A DNA stretch of 56,377 bases, counting the filler, from Sphacelaria rigidula (lineage: Eukaryota): the NCBI GenBank assembly GCA_964200075.2. It is 6 parts of 6 records of this genome, joined end to end, with 100 filler letters (N's around TTAATTAATTAA, not from the genome) between each part and the next. Parts side by side here need not be neighbours in the genome. Positions count along the whole stretch, not along the records: positions 47,067 to 56,377 come from CAXNAA020008776.1; 5 more parts are not named here. One strand, written 5' to 3'. The notes below the pieces were generated by a model. The model was not told the DNA's origin, searched no databases, and was given only the letters and a program-made list of their open reading frames with translations. Both the position numbers and the translations under genes were made by a program. Every line of letters begins with the position of its first letter. Position 1 is the first letter of the stretch. This document shows, in pieces, positions 50,908-56,377 of this stretch.

Positions 50908-51450
50908 GTATTTTGGGGCATGTTAAGAGCCGTTATTATCAACGGGTCATGTTTGTCATACTCATCTATTTTCATCCATGATTTCATATTTTTCGTCCGT
51001 TTTGATCCATAAATGGATACGTTATGAAAACGGATGAAATTGATCGAACAGGTGAGAAATGAAGCCCGTTAATAACGTTCATGAGGGGCCTAGATGAACC
51101 CGATTTTTCGAACCGGTGGTGACCGAAGTAGACTCGCTTTTACAGTACCGTTACTACAAATTGATTACAGGTAGACGCGCTCACTGAGCGGCTTCTCCGG
51201 AGACACCAACCGAAAAGCACATGAAAGTGTTCAGACCTTGGACAGATGATGATCTATTTGAAATAGATATTCAAAGGCTCCTCTCGGATCCCTTGGTCCA
51301 AAAACACACAAGATGCATGACCGCGGAGTCAGAAAAGCCAGAGCGCAACCTTTGTGCCACACCCCGTGGTCGGCGTCCGGCGCTGTAGGAAGCAAACCTG
51401 GGAGAAAAAGAGGCCAAATTATCCAGATCATGACCCGGACTAGTACACTG

Positions 51451-51934
51451 AGGCCGGATGTTGTGGCAAACAAATTTTCGGCCCACGGATTGTTCACTTT
51501 TGTGACGTTTGACCCACTGTTTGATCCCCAAACAGGCAAAATCGCCAACACACGTCTCGGACACTTTGCATCACTCCACAGAGAGGAGCCTAGTCTGCTT
51601 TCCAGATTCGCTTGGCTCCGAGGTTTCGAAATTGGCCGCTGAACAATAGTTCGTGTGCAAAAATCTGTGCTTGCCGACCCTCGCCAGTTTGCCCAATAAT
51701 CTGTGGAGATCGCCGCAGATTTCATTGCACACGGATTATTGTTCAGCGGCCGCTCTCGAAACCTCAGAGCCAAGCGAATCTGAAAAGCAGACTAGGCTCC
51801 CCTCTGTGGGGTGATGCAAAGTGTCCAAGACGTGTGTTGGCGATTTCCCCTGTTGGGGGCTCAAAAAGGGGCTCAAACGCCCGAAAAGTGAACAATCCGT
51901 GGGCCAAAAATCTGTTTGCCATAACATCCGCCCT
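51451..51934. repeat. Long intronic foldback (arms ~220 bp, loop ~45 nt)
   Basis: 51451-51669 is the approximate reverse complement of 51714-51934, for example gagcctagtctgctttccagattcgcttggctc / gagccaagcgaatctgaaaagcagactaggctc. Confidence 0.9.
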
Positions 51935-52677
51935 GAGAGGGAGTAATTTTCAGACGGGTCATGATGTGTCCGACGTGTGGAAGTATCAAGAAACAGTGAG
52001 AGGGAAGGAGACGTGAAGAAACCAGATGAGAAAAATCCTTCCCTCACAGAGTTGGTTGGTTGGGGTGTGATTAAACGAAAAGAATCAGATATTCCAACAC
52101 AGTAAACGAAATCAAATGGATACCAAGCTAGAGTCGTACAATATCCTTCCGTACCCACGGATGGGTTTATTGAAATTATTTGCAGAGATCACCAAAAATG
52201 TCCTTGATGATTAGCTCTTTGAAATTCAAGCGTGTTTTTTTTCTTCTTTCTCGAGAGGTGGATGTAATCCATGCGTACGAACCAACAAATTATGACCCCC
52301 TTCGCATAATGAGGATTGATTCAAGTACTAGATGAGTGGAACGAATCAGGGTCATTATCCAAATTGGTCTCGTGGAGGAGGCGTTGGTAAAGTCACGTTT
52401 GGGATTGTGCGAACGAGTCATGACCTCCTTTTGCATGATGAAAATTTCGTCAAGTATCTGAGTAGTGGAACGCACCAGGGTCATTATCCGAATGAGTTTC
52501 GTGGAGGAGTCGTTGGTGAAGTTACGAATGGGATATGTGGTAACAGAAGACGCATCCGTATGTAGAGATGTCAAGATGTTGTGTATTGATATAATTTATT
52601 ATGTTTTCGTGTATGAATAGTCGTGGTCTTACCTCTCCCGGGTTTGGATAGATATTATCATGTTGTATCGATGTAAG

Positions 52678-53619
52678 GGGATCATGCTACGATAGGGGAG
52701 AGGTGTTTGATTCTACGACGAAAAGGGCTCATGGGTGTGTCGGACGAGCTAACACGCTCGCGGTGCGCTTGTATGTGGAGAAAAATGATATCAAGCACTA
52801 TGATTTTGCGTTATTTATTCGACCAGAAGCGCGTTCGAACAAGCGTTGCCGATTTCGAGAATGATTTTGAAGTGGAAATTCGTGGAAGAAATGGCACAGA
52901 ATTAGAGCTCTGAAATGGTACCAGTTATAACTGGCCATTCTCATTATAATGGTAATAATGGTGATGGTTATCTGAAAAAATTGCATAGTGGTTTCAAACC
53001 GTTATTGACCGTTACCGGTTGTATAAGCCGTTACCGGCTACGTATGCCACGTACAGCCCTTGAAAGTTGGCCCAAACAGCAAATTTAACGTATATTTTAG
53101 CTCTAGTGAAGCTAAATCGCGTTAAAACGTGCCTCCGGCACGGCGACCCCAGCCCGGCCCTCCGACGGGGTCCACTCTGCAGGGGGGGGGAGGGGGCTTT
53201 TTGGCTCGCGGCTGCACCGCTCGATGACCAAACCATTATGTACCATTCAACTGGTTAATGGTTGGACAAACCATTTCCAAGCTCTACACAGAATACTCCC
53301 CCCCCTATCGTAGGAGGTAGCATGAAATCGTTTGATGCAGTAGACAGTAGGGAGAAAACGATGGCTATACTAGGAGATAGATGGTGGTCACAGACGGCGA
53401 AACAGGACGGGGATAAGATATGTAGAAGGTTCTTGTGTAACGTATGGAAGAAACGAAATGAGCTTTCGAAGAAACGTGATGAGCGCCGGAATGTTGGGAG
53501 TGTCTCTATTTGGAGTAGGAACGGTGCTTCGTCTCGAAAGGGATGCGTGGTCAATGGTCACACGACAAAGGCAAGCAACAAATGAGTACGCCCCCCCCCC
53601 GCCTATCGTAGTATGACCC
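52678..53619. mobile_element. MITE family A, extended copy with a nested hAT MITE
   Basis: gggatcatgctacgatagggg...cctatcgtagtatgaccc. Core collinear with 775-1345, and 53531-53600 with 1349-1425 and 47067-47135. Possible TSD aag. Confidence 0.75.
52903..53286. mobile_element. hAT-type MITE (384 bp)
   Basis: TIR tagagctctgaaatggt / accatttccaagctcta. Perfect 8-bp TSD cacagaat at 52895-52902 and 53287-53294. Empty site visible at 1305-1330. Confidence 0.9.
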
Positions 53620-53971
53620 AAGGGTTGTCATTGTTGTGTTCTTCTCTCTCTTGGTAATTAGTCGATTTTGGTTTGGAAAAAATCCCAAAAATCCGAATCT
53701 TTATTGGGGGTGCTGCGCTCCAAGCGTGCGCAGAACGCGTTTTTGTCTAAATCGGCGCCTGGGGCGCCGATTTGAGGTCGGGCAGTGAACACTTCGCCTT
53801 GGAAGGACTTTGCACACACCCCCCTTGCCCGAGGGTTCTCGGTATGCCTTCGCTGGGGTTGGGGTTATGGTTATGGTTGATATAAGTGTTATTCGAAATA
53901 AAAAATTCCGATGATTTTTTCATCCCTATCAAGTGATGAACTTATCTCCTCTCCCTTTCTCTCCATCGAAG

Positions 53972-54144
53972 GTTTACTTTCCGAGACGGAAAGAGTCTCC
54001 TCCGCACGGCTATAATCGCTTGGAGTTTAGTCCATCGGGGAACCTGGCGGACATTAACGCCGGCTCTGGAGGGGCACCAGTATTCTTGGCCTATAAGCAG
54101 GATCTCGTATGGCTGAAGGCGTTGCGCTCGGGCTTATCTTACGC
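53972..54144 (+). CDS. Exon encoding the third MABP blade
   Basis: VYFPRRKESPPHGYNRLEFSPSGNLADINAGSGGAPVFLAYKQ continues PITDIQ| in phase 0. Pyrimidine tract plus gaag acceptor; GTGAGT donor. Confidence 0.85.
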
Positions 54145-54826
54145 GTGAGTTTTTTTTGTATTTCCTATTTTGTTTTTACTTAGTTTCGTTTCTGTTTTTT
54201 GTCTTTGCTGTTCTTATTTATGTCTTTGTTTTGTTTTTTCGTTCCCTGCAATTATTTTTGTGCTAATATTCCTTCCTCATTCAACATGTTTTTTCCTTTT
54301 TTTTTCGTTCTCACTTCTGACCCCTCCCTTTACTCGGGGCGAGTCCGTGGTCTCAAGGGATCAACCCATCTCTCCTCGGTACACGCCTCGAATTTTTGGT
54401 CCCGTGGATTCGACCAGCACTACTTTTACCAATCCCGCACCGGATCAACTCTCGTCGAACGAGTTAAAAAACGGCTGTTGGCGAGCACTACTTTTTCTGT
54501 ACTAAAATCAAATCATTCGCCCTCCCCCCCTCCCCCCAAATAAGAAAAAAAAACTGCTTTGCTCGACCATCATTGTGTTCTCAACAGTGTGTACATCGCA
54601 ACAATTGCATGACTTGGGCGGATGCTTTTACTCCCTCGATAGTTCATTCATTAACGCTGTTTTTTGGCCATTGTACGCCAGGTCGGCGACCAATGTGTTC
54701 CCGTGTGATTGGTCCTACAATAGTCTCAACCAAACTTTGATGAAAAAAGGGGGGGGATATAAGCTGGGCCAGCTTTGCCCGACCCGTTTTTCAAGAGTTT
54801 GAAGGTGAACAATCAAATCGATCATA

Positions 54827-55200
54827 CGGCGGGTCGCCCCGGCGGCTCAGTTGGTAATCTCGAAACCTTCTAACTCTTGGTTTGGTCGTGGGTTCGATTT
54901 CGGTGAGGTCACACAATCTGGTATGTCTTTTCACACCATGTCCAACAGTGGAGAACGATTTTGTGGTGGATACACAACGGTCGACTTTACGGTCGACGAG
55001 GGAGTGTCACGCTTTCACGTTGAACCTCTGCCCCTACAAAATTTATGGCAAGCACCGCAGAAGGAATTTGGAGCACTAAAAGCAAAAAACGAAGGTGAAC
55101 AAAAAAACTCATGTGTTGACCTTCCTCCTGTGTGATGCCGGCTGCTTATGCGCCCACATATACCATAAGGTGGAAATCGGCGTCCAAATACATCGGATGA
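54827..55200 (+). mobile_element. tRNA-derived SINE, copy 3 (more diverged)
   Basis: gtcgccccggcggctcagttggt...gtgggttcgatttcgg head; body is the reverse complement of copies 1 and 2. Confidence 0.8.
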
Positions 55201-55474
55201 TTAGATAAATCTTGACACGAGCCTCATGTCATCAAGACGCAAAAAGCGCCTCGCAACAGCCAATAACAAAAACAACTCAGCAAACCAAGATTATGATTTG
55301 ATAATAATTGGATGATTAGTTGTCGCACTTTAACTGACGCCCCAGGGTTCCAGCCGTGGTCACATATATATTTACACACACACACATATACCTTTATTTT
55401 GGCCAGGGCAATACATTTTTGAGCGTTGGCGTGTAGAACGTACGCGTACATTTTTCAGCTGAAAAATTCCTCGA

Positions 55475-55634
55475 ATTGTTGTTGTATTGTTGTTGCTGTT
55501 GTTGTCTTTATATTAAAGAGTCGTTCCAGTATCTGCGCAGTGCTGTACTGGGCATCGGCCACCACCCCATGTTAGGGTAAAAAGGAAAACCCTCTATAGG
55601 GCGTTAACCCGCACTACTCGCGCCCGAATCTATA

Positions 55635-55680
<46 letters not shown>

Positions 55681-55798
55681 GCTGTTGTTGTCTTCACATT
55701 AAAAACTCGTTCCGGTTTCTGCGCAGTGCTGTTCTGGGCATGTGACTCGGACGTCTTCCGTGGTCACAGGCCACCACCCCATGTTAGGGTAAAAAGGA
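55475..55798 (-). repeat. Two tandem retroposon 3'-end fragments with (CAA)n tails
   Basis: On the + strand, (gtt)n followed by gtcttYaYattaaa..tcgttcc..ctgcgcagtgctg..ggccaccaccccatgttagggtaaaaagga occurs twice. Confidence 0.6.
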
Positions 55799-56377
55799 AT
55801 ATAAGGAAATAATATCGGACCCACGAAAAATTCACACAGACGCGATACAAGAAAAACTATACTAAACAAAACAAATACAAAAAAAGTGAAAACAAAAAAA
55901 TAGAGAAAAAACCTTTCCTTGGGCCTCTGAGAGGACAGCTATGCGTATGCATGAACTAGGCAACCAGAAAGGGCTCAAATTGGACCTTGTATTTCATTTT
56001 TTTTGTGACACCGTTGTCTTATTGGTATCAGAATTTCACAAGAGCGAAACATCAAGAGTTCGAACATATATATATATTTCCTGCAGGCTCTGCGTCCGTC
56101 GTTGAGGTCATATAATATGCAGTACAGTACATACTTCGCTTTTTTTTCAAGGGTCTACACGCTACACTCGTGACGTGTCACGTCGTTTAACGTTTCACGT
56201 CATAAGTTAAGCCGGGCTAGAACTACGGTGGGGGATGGGGACAACATGGGGAGCCCTGTTCAAAGTTGCAAGGGTCGGACAAATCAATGGTTCGTCTGGA
56301 TATTACTTGGTTTTAGTGTCAATTGATTCGAATCGTTCGAATCAAACCCCAGGCTTTGTTTTCAGCGTTGCAACCCA

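Noticed and set aside
52320-52530. Two ~129-bp tandem units with short ORFs
   Set aside because: Intronic, with no recognisable protein; treated as a decayed local duplication.
42696-54144. Single PDZ plus MABP gene (all junction phases are compatible)
   Set aside because: The model crosses the artificial junction at 46967-47066, and phase-0 compatibility is common by chance.

Overview
Repeat-rich eukaryotic DNA, most likely from a brown alga (Phaeophyceae). The taxon is inferred from the EsV-1-7 repeat genes, long introns and TE content; it is not proven. The window is not one locus. It is six contigs of near-identical, decreasing length (1-9314, 9415-18728, 18829-28142, 28243-37555, 37656-46966, 47067-56377) joined by artificial 100-nt N/TTAATTAATTAA/N spacers, so nothing can be linked across a gap. 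Contig 1 holds a bulb-type lectin terminal exon. Contig 2 holds a triply disrupted EsV-1-7 repeat gene and a composite hAT-like element. Contig 3 holds an intact, single-ORF 794-aa EsV-1-7 protein with 16 C-x4-C-x16-C-x2-H repeats. Contig 4 holds a decayed Ty3/Gypsy element with a chromodomain plus a Tudor-like tail, next to a ~42-bp-phased palindrome array. Contig 5 holds a partial-PDZ exon, and contig 6 three exons of a MABP-domain gene. tRNA-derived SINEs, nested MITEs and foldbacks are scattered throughout. The best candidate for an undescribed system is the EsV-1-7 array family. These are shuffled 38-aa zinc-finger-like modules with a hypervariable residue pair drawn from a small shared vocabulary, followed by a tail with paired SUMO-consensus motifs. 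This suggests, by inference only, TALE-like programmable nucleic-acid readers.
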